DNA of 48,878 nt, taken from positions 1 through 48,878 of the IMG/VR virus record IMGVR_UViG_3300045988_060465; one strand, 5' to 3'. Shown here in pieces: positions 16,690 to 25,714 of this stretch. Positions within the stretch are counted from its first letter, which is position 1; every line of letters starts with the position of its first letter. The translations under genes were made by a program, and so were the position numbers. The notes beneath the pieces were generated by a model. It saw nothing but the letters and a program-made list of their open reading frames with translations. It did not search any database and was not told the origin of the DNA. This DNA is from a virus.

Positions 16690-17378
16690 TTATGCATTTT
16701 TGAATTTATTAATGAAATAAATCTGACCTTTGCCCGTCACTTTTGTTGTTCTTGTAATTCTTGTCGAACCATCAGGATTGTTTATTACTCGTTCTTTAAC
16801 TTCAAACAATCCCTTTTCCATTGCCACTTGAGTTGGCATATTTTTTGAAGTGTCTTTCTTAATCAAATATCCATCATTTCGCATTCTTTCAAATAATCGT
16901 TTTTGACCAATATCTGTTCCATTCTGTTTGATTAATTTAGCTAGGTCACCAATTAGAAGTCAACTACTCCTGACTAAAGTCAGGAGATTCCTGCTCTAAT
17001 TTTTTATTGAAGATTGGCAATTGTTTTATGTGCAATGTCTAATGCACGAGCCATAACCTTTTCAGGACTATTCCAAGCCTTTTCTAATTCGATTAACTTT
17101 CTTCGAATTTCTTTTCCTTTTTCATTGCGTTGTAGCATTGCAATTTCTTTTGCCATATCAAGTGTGATTCGGTAGTCTTGCAATTCTCTAGTTGCTCCGT
17201 TATTAACAACCGTACAATTTTGTACACTTGTAAAATCGACGTTTTCTTCAAATCCGTATTCTGACATTTGCTCAAACCATCTAGAGAATCTTCCTGCAAT
17301 GTTTAATTCTTTGTACAACTCTCTAGCCGACAAAGTTAATTTGTCACCGTTTGTAGTTACATTAAACAATTCGTTCAT
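16690..17378 (-). pseudogene. AntA plus KilAC antirepressor split into two frames
   Basis: 17004..17378 encodes an AntA-type N-domain (ELYKELNIAGRFSRWFEQMSEYGFEENVDFT...ITLDMAKEIAMLQRNEKGK). The KilAC frame is open over 16690..16959 (LLIGDLAKLIKQNGTDIGQKRLFERMRNDGYLIKK...TKVTGKGQIYF). Between them 45 nt are closed in all three frames and centre on a perfect hairpin. Confidence 0.55.
16967..16986. repeat. Perfect 8-bp inverted repeat CTCCTGAC-TAAA-GTCAGGAG in the break of the antirepressor
   Basis: Seen directly in the sequence. Confidence 0.8.
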
Positions 17379-17434
17379 TTATTCAATCTCCTTCTAAGTA
17401 CTCTTGTAGTGTACTTTGATTTTAAAAAAATAAG

Positions 17435-17641
17435 TTAGATAGCTTTTGCGACTTCAATTTTTACAACATCAATTGAAATCTTAGCTAATTCGCATATTCT
17501 TTTTACTTCATCAAAGTAGAAACGTCTTTTTCCAATTTCTTTGTTAGTATAACTAACAGGAGAAATCCCAAGGTATTTAGCCATTTGTTTCTGAGTCATG
17601 TTCAATCCGACTCGGATTTGTTTAATAGTCATTTTCTCCAT
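17435..17641 (-). CDS. cro: Cro-like XRE-family HTH protein, first gene of the early operon
   Basis: IKQIRVGLNMTQKQMAKYLGISPVSY HTH. GGAGGAGG RBS. Divergent from the plus-strand HTH gene. Confidence 0.55.
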   Translation of the reverse strand: MEKMTIKQIRVGLNMTQKQMAKYLGISPVSYTNKEIGKRRFYFDEVKRICELAKISIDVVKIEVAKAI

Positions 17642-17655
17642 CCTTAACCTCCTCC

Positions 17656-17702
17656 GTACACTATTAGTTAACTTACACTCATATAGTACTCTATTAGTGT
17701 AC
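17656..17702. promoter_or_regulatory. Divergent promoter and operator region with two inverted 12-bp sites GTACACTATTAG / CTATTAGTGTAC
   Basis: The sites (17656..17667, 17691..17702) overlap the minus-strand promoter TTGACT-17-TACTAT. A plus-strand TGATTATAAT lies at about 17790. Confidence 0.5.
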
Positions 17703-17829
17703 TCTAGTCAATAACTTTTTTTATTTTTTTTATAATTATGTTATCTTTCAGTGCACTTTATGATATATTTTATATAGGTATTTAATTTAGTGATTATAAT
17801 TATAATGTATAAACGAAAGAGGTGAGGAC

Positions 17830-18054
17830 ATGAACAAATTTGAATACCAAGGACAAGCATTAAAGGAATTGAGGAACAAAGCTAATTACACAATGTTAGA
17901 AGTAGCGGAAAGAAGGGGTAAAACAAAATCATGGCTTTCAGAAATCGAAAATGGTAGAAAAAATGTCTACTTTGAAGATGCTAAATGGTTGTGTAATTTG
18001 TATGGTGTCTCACTACAACACTTAGCCGATTTAATAGATCAATACCAAAAATAA
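17830..18054 (+). CDS. CI-like XRE-family HTH repressor, 74 aa
   Basis: The only credible plus-strand gene. LKELRNKANYTMLEVAERRGKTKSWLSEIENGR HTH. Adjacent to int and divergent from the cro-like gene. Confidence 0.5.
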   Translation: MNKFEYQGQALKELRNKANYTMLEVAERRGKTKSWLSEIENGRKNVYFEDAKWLCNLYGVSLQHLADLIDQYQK

Positions 18055-18184
18055 TAAATGATAGATGATGATATAAATAATTTGTATTGTTTTGGTAGCA
18101 CAAAACGTCCGCATTAAAACATGATAAACTTTAAGTGCCTGTAAATAGGCAACTGTATTTTCATCTCTCTCTATTTCATGGAAT

Positions 18185-18216
18185 GCACACTCGCTAAAGG
18201 GTGTGTTTTTCTTTTT
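18185..18216 (+). terminator. Terminator after the CI-like gene
   Basis: cacac/gtgtg stem followed by TTTTTCTTTTT. Confidence 0.4.
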
Positions 18217-18222
18217 GCAAAC

Positions 18223-18251
18223 AAAAAAAGCACTAGAAATTAATCTAGTGC
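18223..18251 (-). terminator. Bidirectional hairpin terminator overlapping the int stop codon
   Basis: gcactaga-aattaat-ctagtgc, an 8-bp stem, with U7 on the minus strand. The int stop sits in the loop. Confidence 0.5.
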
Positions 18252-19340
18252 ATTATCTTTATCCATTAATTTAGCTATTCCTTTATCGGCTTGAGGTAGC
18301 CAATGAGCATAAACACTTAATACAGTGCTTAGATTGTCTCCTAAACGCTTTGCAACGTCATACAAGCTAAAATGTGAGCTTCCATCTCTTACCATATTGC
18401 CAATCATATACGAAGCACATGAGTGTCTTAAATCGTGTATACGAATGATAGGTATTTGTTCTTCGTTGTTCTCGTTTGCAATTTTAATAGCTTCTCTCAT
18501 CCTCGTTCTAACTGTTGTATTGCATACGGGTATATCTATACCGAACACAAATGATTTCTCAGGAACATCCAACATTTCTTTAAATTCTCTATATTCATCC
18601 GATAAAAACTGGGGCATTGTAATTGTCCTATAACTGTTTGGAGTTTTTGGGGTTGTGATTTTATGTAAGTCTTTTGACCATGTTTTTTTAATTGAAATAA
18701 TATTGTTTTCTAAATCCACATCTTCCCAAGTCAAAGCCAATGTTTCACCAATTCTCATCCCCATATAAAATTGATTGTCGAATAGAAGATGATACAAAGG
18801 ATTTTCAACATAAGGAATAAACAAGTTGAATTGTTCCAATGTCCAATACTTCATTTCAACTTTCTTTTCGTTTGGATTTTTAGCCAATTCAACGGGGGAA
18901 CAAGGATTAGTTTCTAAATATCCTTTACGAACTGCAAATCTCAACATCTTATTGATTCTAGATAAATAATTCTTTGCAGTTTCGTATCCTACGTTATTAA
19001 TCATTAATTCCATTGCAACCTCTATATCGTTGGTTGTAATGGATTTTATATTCACATCACCTAAAATATCAATCCATCTTTCAAGCAATCTATTCTGAAC
19101 TCTATAGGTGCTTTCTTTTATTCTCTTTTCTGTATATGCTGCATAGATATTAAGCAATTCCTCAAGTGTGATATTCTTGTATGGGTCTTTCACATTCTCT
19201 TTGAATATGATCTCTGCTTTTACTGCATCTTTCTTTTTTGGAAAGCCACGTTTCTTGTATTGTCTATACTTTCCATTCTTCATTTTGTACGAGCCATAGA
19301 AATACCACGTACCTGTTTTTTCATCTTTTTTTACTGCCAT
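18240..19340 (-). CDS. int: Tyrosine-type site-specific integrase
   Basis: C-terminal HDLRHSCAS...LGD...LSVYAHW with the R..H..R..Y catalytic pattern. Typical N-terminal SAM-like domain. Confidence 0.8.
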   Translation of the reverse strand: MAVKKDEKTGTWYFYGSYKMKNGKYRQYKKRGFPKKKDAVKAEIIFKENVKDPYKNITLEELLNIYAAYTEKRIKESTYRVQNRLLERWIDILGDVNIKSITTNDIEVAMELMINNVGYETAKNYLSRINKMLRFAVRKGYLETNPCSPVELAKNPNEKKVEMKYWTLEQFNLFIPYVENPLYHLLFDNQFYMGMRIGETLALTWEDVDLENNIISIKKTWSKDLHKITTPKTPNSYRTITMPQFLSDEYREFKEMLDVPEKSFVFGIDIPVCNTTVRTRMREAIKIANENNEEQIPIIRIHDLRHSCASYMIGNMVRDGSSHFSLYDVAKRLGDNLSTVLSVYAHWLPQADKGIAKLMDKDNALD

Positions 19341-19418
19341 GTAATTTTCCCTCTTTCTTTAGATAACACTTAAATTTTATAAAAAACTAGTGAAAATAGG
19401 TGAAAAATAAGGCTATTT

Positions 19419-19640
19419 TATGCCAATATCATGCCAATAATATGTATCATACTTTATATAAAGCAATTTTCTTTTTGTTGAATGATATTTATAAGTTTCT
19501 AGCTCTTTATTTTTCTTTATTTTTTATTCATCTAGTTTATTTTATGTTCTCATATTTTCTCATTTTTGGCTACTTTTTATTTGATTGAACCTAAAAAAAT
19601 ATTCCATGTTTTATGCCACGCACTTTATGCCATTATGCCA
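19419..19640. promoter_or_regulatory. Cluster of five TATGCCA repeats, candidate integrase arm-type sites / attP
   Basis: Copies at 19419, 19430, 19612, 19626 and 19634, flanking an AT-rich tract next to the 5' end of int. Confidence 0.4.
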
Positions 19641-19675
19641 AAAACATATTATTGTTTCCTTTCCTTATAATATAT

Positions 19676-19707
19676 AAACAAAAAAGTCTCCCGCTTGGTA
19701 AGGAGAC
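19676..19707 (-). terminator. Rho-independent terminator
   Basis: agtctcc...ggagact 7-bp stem with UUUUUU on the minus strand. Confidence 0.55.
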
Positions 19708-19796
19708 TCTTTTGCATAAGTTTTAGTTATCTTAGAAAGGGTGTGTTCATCCACGAAGAACACATCAATAATATAGCATATAAATTTTAAAATTTG

Positions 19797-19836
19797 TTAA
19801 AAAAACAAAAACCATACCTGATGTGGATGAGGTATG
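19797..19836 (-). terminator. Rho-independent terminator
   Basis: ccatacct/aggtatgg 8-bp stem followed by UUUUUGUUUUUUU on the minus strand. Confidence 0.55.
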
Positions 19837-20369
19837 GAATCGTTTTGGTGACAACTTTTAAAAAGGGGAGCTTTTAGCAATTGTCACATTTTGTTGTTGT
19901 TTATGCTAGTGCCTACAAGAGAAAAGTGAAGATACAATCACACGTCTGCAATCGTCTCTACACAAAAGAGAGCTTCGGCCTTTATCACTCTGCTTTTTCC
20001 TAGCAACATGATTATATCATATCAGTATGAATTTTATATAAAAAGAACCACCTTTCAAGTACTTCTAGAATGTACTCTATTCAGTGGCAAGAAAATAATA
20101 TTTCTTTGTAGTCGACTTGCATAAAAATAATATCAATCAGTCACGCTTGGTATGACTATAGACTGATACTAATAAATCCATATGTCTAACTTGGATTTGT
20201 ACATCAAGCTAACATGGTTCACTTAGAATTTCTCATGTTTGGGCCTTTACTATTATAGCATAGCAAAAACTGCCACACAACTAAATGCGTAGCAGTTTCG
20301 TTTCTCCTTATACCTAATGAATGGTATACGAGATAAAAAGAATATGATCGTATTCCCCTAAGCATAGAT

Positions 20370-20378
20370 ATTATACCA
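20370..20378 (-). promoter_or_regulatory. Extended -10 element (reverse complement ATGGTATAAT) in the lysin-int spacer
   Basis: Same TGGTATAAT box as the other minus-strand promoters, but with a weak -35. Embedded in TATAG-type repeats at 20355..20400. Confidence 0.3.
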
Positions 20379-20454
20379 TAGTATAGATAAGTATAGTATA
20401 GAATGATATTGGTTGCATTGCGCACTCTGCTAATCTATGTGCTTATATTTTAAC

Positions 20455-20488
20455 ACAAAAAAGCAAAGGACGTATAAATCATACGTCC
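20455..20488 (-). terminator. Rho-independent terminator after the lysis cassette
   Basis: ggacgtat-aaatc-atacgtcc perfect 8-bp stem, then UUUGCUUUUUU on the minus strand. Confidence 0.6.
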
Positions 20489-20718
20489 TAGGAAACTCCT
20501 TCTACACTAGTAGACGAACTATTTTATAATTGGCTATCTCGAGCTTGTGTGATATTTAAGGAGCAACACGGTTTTCATTTCCACCAATTATATTTTCGTT
20601 CACGATAGTTCACACTACCATGATTAATTTATGATTGATTTACAACATATAAACCTCTTTTTTGCAGATTTCGTGCAAATACAAGCGTTTCATGTCATAT
20701 TTTGTACATTATGTACGT

Positions 20719-22476
20719 TTATTTGAACAAATTAGCGATTTTTTCAACGATCTTTAGCAACAGTTCAATCAATTTATTGATTCCTGTCACATTGATTTTG
20801 TTTCCATCATCCTTAGAATCATCCTTAGAATCGTCTTTAGAATCATCTTTAGAGTCATCCTTAGAATCTGTATTCGGTTCATCTTTCTTAGGATTTGACT
20901 TATAAAAATCAATATCGTGGAAGATTATATCTTTGTCGATTGGGTTAGCTGCATACTGATGAATAACACCTACACCAGATTGGTCTGATTGAATATTACC
21001 ATCATTCGTACCCCAATTTGCAATCCAAATAGGATATGTTGTTTCTACAAATGTTCCTAGCCAACTAGTACTAGTATAAACACCTGTATAATATCCCTTA
21101 GCACTCATATAGTCGCAGAATACTTTACAAGAGAAAGAACATCTTTCTTTTGTTAAGACACCAGCTTTCTTCTTGTAATTATCTGCATCCTCCATATCAA
21201 ACCATACACCTAATTGAACATTTCTGTCTTTGATTAGATTATATACATACTCTGCTTCCGCTCTAGCTTGACTATCATCTAACGCATAATCATAGCAGTA
21301 CACACCATAAGGAATCTTTAATTGTTCACATTTATCTGCAAAGTATTCAAACTTCTTATCAGTGTATTCTCCATATGAAGCACGCAAAATAACAAAGTCA
21401 TATTTAGATAAATCAATATCAGAACTGTTGTGTTCTGAAATATCAATTCCATATCCCTTAACATTCTTAGTGTAATCTGTTGTAGTTGGCTTAGAAGGCT
21501 CTTTTGTATCTTCCTTAGTATTTGTATCAGGTGCTCTGAATTTCGCCCACATTTGGCTTCTATCCTCTGTCGCAGATACCGCCACAAAGACTTTTCTATC
21601 TCCTTCTTTTCCGACAACGTATCTATGGCCATTCGTTACACACTTCCAATAATATCGAATCTCATCTCCTGAATTGCATTGGCCAAAGATTTCTCCACTT
21701 GGATTGTCGTAGTGTTTATGCACACCATCAACAATGAATGTGGCAATACCATCTTCCTGAGTTAATTCAATGTCTTTTGTTTCAGGAGCACCGATTGTGG
21801 CCCATGGTTCAACACCATATGATTCACTACCGCTAACTGCTGCAAAACATCTAACTCCATTTGTATGAATCCATGAAATCCATCTATGCCCATTTCCAAT
21901 CCATTTTTCTGTATAGACTTGCTTTTCGCCTTTTACAAATGTTCCGTAAGAAGCACCTGTTGGAGTATCTCTATGGATAACGATAGCAGTATCATTTTCA
22001 AATGTTGCCATTCCATTCTCTTTAATCAATTGAGAAGCATCATATGTAGAAGCATTTGTGTAGAATTTAGGTCTTAAATATCCCCAAATAGCACCTTGAT
22101 AGTTTAATGGCCACAACATGGCTTTAGGGTTGCCTAAAACGTTCTGAGAGAGTGCTCTACCTTCCCAATAGATAAATATATGTCCATACCTTGCATCACC
22201 GCCTACAGACACTCCTACGTCACCGTTTTGGGGAGCACCTGTAACAACATCAAAATAGCTTAAAACACCATTATTTGCTCTGTTAAACCACCAATCTTTG
22301 GCATGGCCACGTGCAATACATGGCTTCCCTCCCCATGCCATCAATCCTTGAATTAATGAAACACATTGTCCACCATATGGTTCTTCGCCTTGAACATAAC
22401 TAATGTTCATTATTTGCCCTTTATTGTTAAAAACCTTATTGATAGCATAGTTATAAAACTCTTGTGGAGTTCCCAT
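20719..22476 (-). CDS. Endolysin with CHAP, two SH3b-like repeats and a GH25 muramidase domain, plus a C-terminal acidic repeat and amphipathic helix
   Basis: N-terminal GGQCVSL...YGHIFIY (CHAP Cys/His). Two about 60-aa repeats G(M/I)ATF...G.F. in the middle. GIDISEHN...DFVILRASYG...GVYCYDY...GVWFDMED (GH25). C-terminal (DSKD)5 then GINKLIELLLKIVEKIANLFK. Confidence 0.75.
   Translation of the reverse strand: MGTPQEFYNYAINKVFNNKGQIMNISYVQGEEPYGGQCVSLIQGLMAWGGKPCIARGHAKDWWFNRANNGVLSYFDVVTGAPQNGDVGVSVGGDARYGHIFIYWEGRALSQNVLGNPKAMLWPLNYQGAIWGYLRPKFYTNASTYDASQLIKENGMATFENDTAIVIHRDTPTGASYGTFVKGEKQVYTEKWIGNGHRWISWIHTNGVRCFAAVSGSESYGVEPWATIGAPETKDIELTQEDGIATFIVDGVHKHYDNPSGEIFGQCNSGDEIRYYWKCVTNGHRYVVGKEGDRKVFVAVSATEDRSQMWAKFRAPDTNTKEDTKEPSKPTTTDYTKNVKGYGIDISEHNSSDIDLSKYDFVILRASYGEYTDKKFEYFADKCEQLKIPYGVYCYDYALDDSQARAEAEYVYNLIKDRNVQLGVWFDMEDADNYKKKAGVLTKERCSFSCKVFCDYMSAKGYYTGVYTSTSWLGTFVETTYPIWIANWGTNDGNIQSDQSGVGVIHQYAANPIDKDIIFHDIDFYKSNPKKDEPNTDSKDDSKDDSKDDSKDDSKDDGNKINVTGINKLIELLLKIVEKIANLFK
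20806..20868. repeat. Five tandem copies of a 12-nt unit (ATCCTTAGAATC and variants) encoding (DSKD)5
   Basis: Seen directly. Lies at the 3' end of the endolysin gene. Confidence 0.85.
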
Positions 22477-22488
22477 TTTTCATCCTCC

Positions 22489-22890
22489 TTAGTTTTTTTC
22501 TAGCAGAAAGTCTTGAATCTCATCTCTAGTTTCTTGGAGTTTGTCTTTATCGTTTTCAGAAAGCATATTGTTGATGATCGCAATGTTTGCTTTTAGTGTT
22601 AAATTACCACGTTGCTTATCTTCTTCTAATCTTTCTTCATGTTCTCCTAATCTTCGAGAGTGTTCATTCAATTCTTTCTTAATCCCTTCTTGTGTGATAA
22701 CTAAGCTTTCGATTGATTTTATTCTCTCATTGTCTCTTACTAACCATTCTTCGTGTTTTCTAACGGTTTCTTTTAAATCGTCATTAGGTTTCTTTAGCTC
22801 TTTAATAATCTTTACTACTCCCCAAGCGGAAGCAATGAAACCTAGAAGCCATAAAACATATTCTAAATCAATAGTGATTACTTTTCCCAC
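22489..22890 (-). CDS. Lysis-cassette membrane protein (second holin or holin partner), 133 aa
   Basis: Single N-terminal transmembrane helix plus a charged coiled coil. Lies between the holin and the endolysin. Confidence 0.4.
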   Translation of the reverse strand: MGKVITIDLEYVLWLLGFIASAWGVVKIIKELKKPNDDLKETVRKHEEWLVRDNERIKSIESLVITQEGIKKELNEHSRRLGEHEERLEEDKQRGNLTLKANIAIINNMLSENDKDKLQETRDEIQDFLLEKN

Positions 22891-23309
22891 TATTTTTCAC
22901 CTTTGACGTTGATTTTATCAATTCCGTTGTCTAATTGAATCTTAACGTATTCTTCAATTTCATCAAAAGTACTTTGAACAATTTCACTAATCATTTCTTT
23001 TGTGATAATTCCATGCAAAGCATCAGGAACAAGATCGTATAGTTTACTAACAACTTCTTCAAACTTTTTACCGCCAGCATTAGTTGTATCTTTGTAGTTG
23101 TTCTCTGCTTCTTTAATGTAAACTACTGCTTGTGCAGTGATTTTAGCAATCACTTCTTGAACTTCTTTTGCTTTGGTTTTAGCTTTGGTACTGAATTTAA
23201 AATATAAAGCTAATCCACCGCAAACTAAAGTAGCAGCAGTCTGTAATAAAGTTAAAAAATCTTGTACATTCATAAATTTACACCTCCAAAAATATTTCAT
23301 CTCTCTCAT
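22890..23309 (-). CDS. Holin (LL-H-like, single N-terminal TM with a long cytoplasmic tail)
   Basis: TM helix LLQTAATLVCGGLALYF followed by a charged C-terminal domain. Positioned upstream of the endolysin. Confidence 0.5.
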   Translation of the reverse strand: MREMKYFWRCKFMNVQDFLTLLQTAATLVCGGLALYFKFSTKAKTKAKEVQEVIAKITAQAVVYIKEAENNYKDTTNAGGKKFEEVVSKLYDLVPDALHGIITKEMISEIVQSTFDEIEEYVKIQLDNGIDKINVKGEK

Positions 23310-23387
23310 ATTTTCTGAGGTACTGTTTTATGGCATCTCAATTATATAATGAAAAGAAAAGGACGTACATTAACGCCCTATAACTTA

Positions 23388-23690
23388 TACAATACATTTT
23401 GTGTGATGTAATTTTACATTGTTCTTAGATACTTTAGCATAAATCATTGTTGTAGCAATGCTTTCATGCCCTAAAATAGCTTGGACTTCCTCAATACCCA
23501 TACCTCTATTTAATCCATCCGAAGCGGTTGTATGTCTAATGAGGTGAGGGAATACTCTACGTTCAATACCAGCAAATTCTCCAAGTTGTCCTATTCTTTT
23601 TCAATCCCAAATTTTGATAATCTCTTATACGGACCTGTCCATTAATCGCATTATCAAACGGATGTCCACCTCATTTATATAATAAAATAA
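23388..23690 (-). pseudogene. Remnant of a second, unrelated tyrosine recombinase (C-terminal catalytic fragment, frameshifted, no start)
   Basis: Translation ...KRIGQLGEFAGIERRVFPHLIRHTTASDGLNRGMGIEEVQAILGHESIATTMIYAKVSK carries the box II H.LRH...LGH...Y signature. It differs from the resident int. Confidence 0.6.
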
Positions 23691-23712
23691 AACTAGCTTA
23701 TGAGCTAGTTTT
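23689..23712 (-). terminator. Hairpin at the stop codon of the receptor-binding protein gene
   Basis: aaaactagct-tatg-agctagtttt, a 10-bp stem, with the RBP stop in the loop and a U/A-rich tail. Confidence 0.4.
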
Positions 23713-25713
23713 TTCTAAAATAATTGAAATACACATGTCAACATGCAATTGCCCTGCAACAGGTGTGTCTGTTTTAAGTTTAGCGAAATATGGTAAATAT
23801 TTAATTGTTATTCTAGTATATGTAAGTTGTGGATCATCTTTTGAGGTTGTGACTGTTACATTATCATCTAGCATAAAATAAACATAATCTATTAATTCAC
23901 CTGTACTTTTGTTTTTTAATTTACATGTGTTATCACTTAAATATGATCTCTTAACTGTATAACCTTCTAAGTCTAAATCCCTAACAAAAATGCTATTGCT
24001 ATAATAAGGCGCATCTACTAAATAATCAACATCATATTTAAAATAATAGTCTAATTTTTTAACATTTTTATCTTTGCTTTCTGTTAACACATAATAGTGA
24101 TCTGTTCCATCTTCAATAAGTGAAACATTATTTTCAACGGTTGGTGTAGGCTCTGTTGTCCAAGGGAATATATTTTCGCTCGTATCACTATATTTCTGTT
24201 GAATTTCAACTAAATTAACTTTACCTGTACCGCTGTTGATAATAGGTTTTGTGTCCATGATATTGTTTTCAAGCCATAAACTACACTCTAAATTCGAATC
24301 ACAGATAGATTTTACACTAAGTTCGGAGTTAATAATATTCAAATTAAAATACATATTTGAGACTGAGCTTGAAACTTTTAATATAGTTTTACTAGTCAAA
24401 TTCGATATTTTACAATTATTAAATATAACAGTCATAGGTGCAGCTTCATTATCATCTTCTACGGAAATTAAACATGTTGCTTTACTCAATACAAATATAT
24501 AACAGTTATTAAATGTTAAATTATCATTTGTAGTAAATATTCTTTGTGTTGAATCATTTCTAGTTACTTGAATAATACAGTTATTAAAAACAAAACCATA
24601 ACCTAAACTACCATTTATCATGTTTTCGCCGTGTGAACCGTTTTCATCATAATAAAATGAAGTGTTATCAAATAAATACATTTTACTATTATAATTACCT
24701 GTGCCATGAAATAAATTAGTATTAATAAATTGGCAATTTTTTAATAATGTAGTTTCACGAGAACCTATTAATGTTTCAAACATAATATATAAGTCATCAA
24801 ATACACAATAATTAAATGTTGTATTACATAATTCCCTAACAAACTTCTTATTACTAAAACCGTAAGTATCACGATAAAAACGAACCCCATACACATAACA
24901 ACCACTTAAAGTATCACAAAATTCATTATCAAGTAATTTTATTTGTGAGTGAATACCAATAATATTAACTGCTATAATGTCATTTAATTTACTTTCAATT
25001 ACATATGTTTTATTACTTAATAATACGTATTTTCCTGTTTCCATTGCCTTAGCAAAACAAGTATTAAATGCTGAACTATCGTTAGTAGTACCGTCACCAA
25101 TAGCACCGAATTCTTCTGGTGTAACATACACATTTTCAATATTTACTGTACGGTTTTCATCAGGCGGTATCGTTACGTTATTAACCTTGATTGCTTTAAT
25201 AGGTATTAATTGATCTACAACTTCTTGCTTAATATATCCAGCATCATTTTGAAGCTCAGATACATTTTTAGGAATTTCAGTTTTCTTTGCATAAACACTA
25301 GCTAAATCTAAATTTACAATATAATCAACAGGACTAATCGTATTTCCATCTAATTTAATAGTTGTGATAGGCACTTGAATAGCAATGTTTTTGTCGTTGT
25401 CTTTGGCAATGTTTGTCCCGTTTACAGAAATTGTCTTTACGAATTGATTTAGAATTTCCATTAAATCCAATTGATTAGAAATATCGCCAATCATATTTCC
25501 CCATTTGATTTTCAGATTCGCATGGTCATTGATTACTTGAATTTCTTTTCCATTGTAGATATAGAATAATCCTTTTGAATCAACATACGCATGGTCTCTA
25601 CTTGGATTAGTAATATCATCTACAGAATCAACGATTTCTAGCCAAAATTCGCAATCACCGTCTTTTAAAGGGAATACTACTGCCATATCTTTGTTACATA
25701 CTACAGGTTGCAT
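23698..25713 (-). CDS. Receptor-binding tail fiber/spike with a pectate-lyase-like right-handed beta-helix domain
   Basis: VTPEEFGAIGDGTTNDSSAFNTCF...GKYVLLSNKTYVI matches the pectate_lyase_3 N-cap. Very N-rich beta-helix repeats. Last large tail gene. Confidence 0.65.
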   Translation of the reverse strand: MQPVVCNKDMAVVFPLKDGDCEFWLEIVDSVDDITNPSRDHAYVDSKGLFYIYNGKEIQVINDHANLKIKWGNMIGDISNQLDLMEILNQFVKTISVNGTNIAKDNDKNIAIQVPITTIKLDGNTISPVDYIVNLDLASVYAKKTEIPKNVSELQNDAGYIKQEVVDQLIPIKAIKVNNVTIPPDENRTVNIENVYVTPEEFGAIGDGTTNDSSAFNTCFAKAMETGKYVLLSNKTYVIESKLNDIIAVNIIGIHSQIKLLDNEFCDTLSGCYVYGVRFYRDTYGFSNKKFVRELCNTTFNYCVFDDLYIMFETLIGSRETTLLKNCQFINTNLFHGTGNYNSKMYLFDNTSFYYDENGSHGENMINGSLGYGFVFNNCIIQVTRNDSTQRIFTTNDNLTFNNCYIFVLSKATCLISVEDDNEAAPMTVIFNNCKISNLTSKTILKVSSSVSNMYFNLNIINSELSVKSICDSNLECSLWLENNIMDTKPIINSGTGKVNLVEIQQKYSDTSENIFPWTTEPTPTVENNVSLIEDGTDHYYVLTESKDKNVKKLDYYFKYDVDYLVDAPYYSNSIFVRDLDLEGYTVKRSYLSDNTCKLKNKSTGELIDYVYFMLDDNVTVTTSKDDPQLTYTRITIKYLPYFAKLKTDTPVAGQLHVDMCISIILEKTSS

Positions 25714-25714
25714 A

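Noticed and set aside
16960-17006. Gene-60-style translational bypass across the antirepressor gap
   Set aside because: The take-off would be CAA-UAA, but there is no in-frame CAA landing codon before the KilAC frame. A hairpin alone is insufficient evidence.
19400-20425. ORFs 19400..19588 (+) and 20219..20425 (-) in the int-lysin spacer
   Set aside because: Low-complexity hydrophobic or aromatic translations of AT-rich repeats, with no RBS. Likely spurious.
19341-20718. tRNA or tmRNA gene, or tRNA-like attP core
   Set aside because: No cloverleaf-compatible segment, and no GTTCGAATCC-type T-arm sequence found by eye. Needs tRNAscan or aragorn to confirm absence.
23698-25713. Diversity-generating retroelement targeting the receptor-binding protein
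   Set aside because: No reverse transcriptase ORF and no template/variable repeat pair is visible anywhere in the genome.
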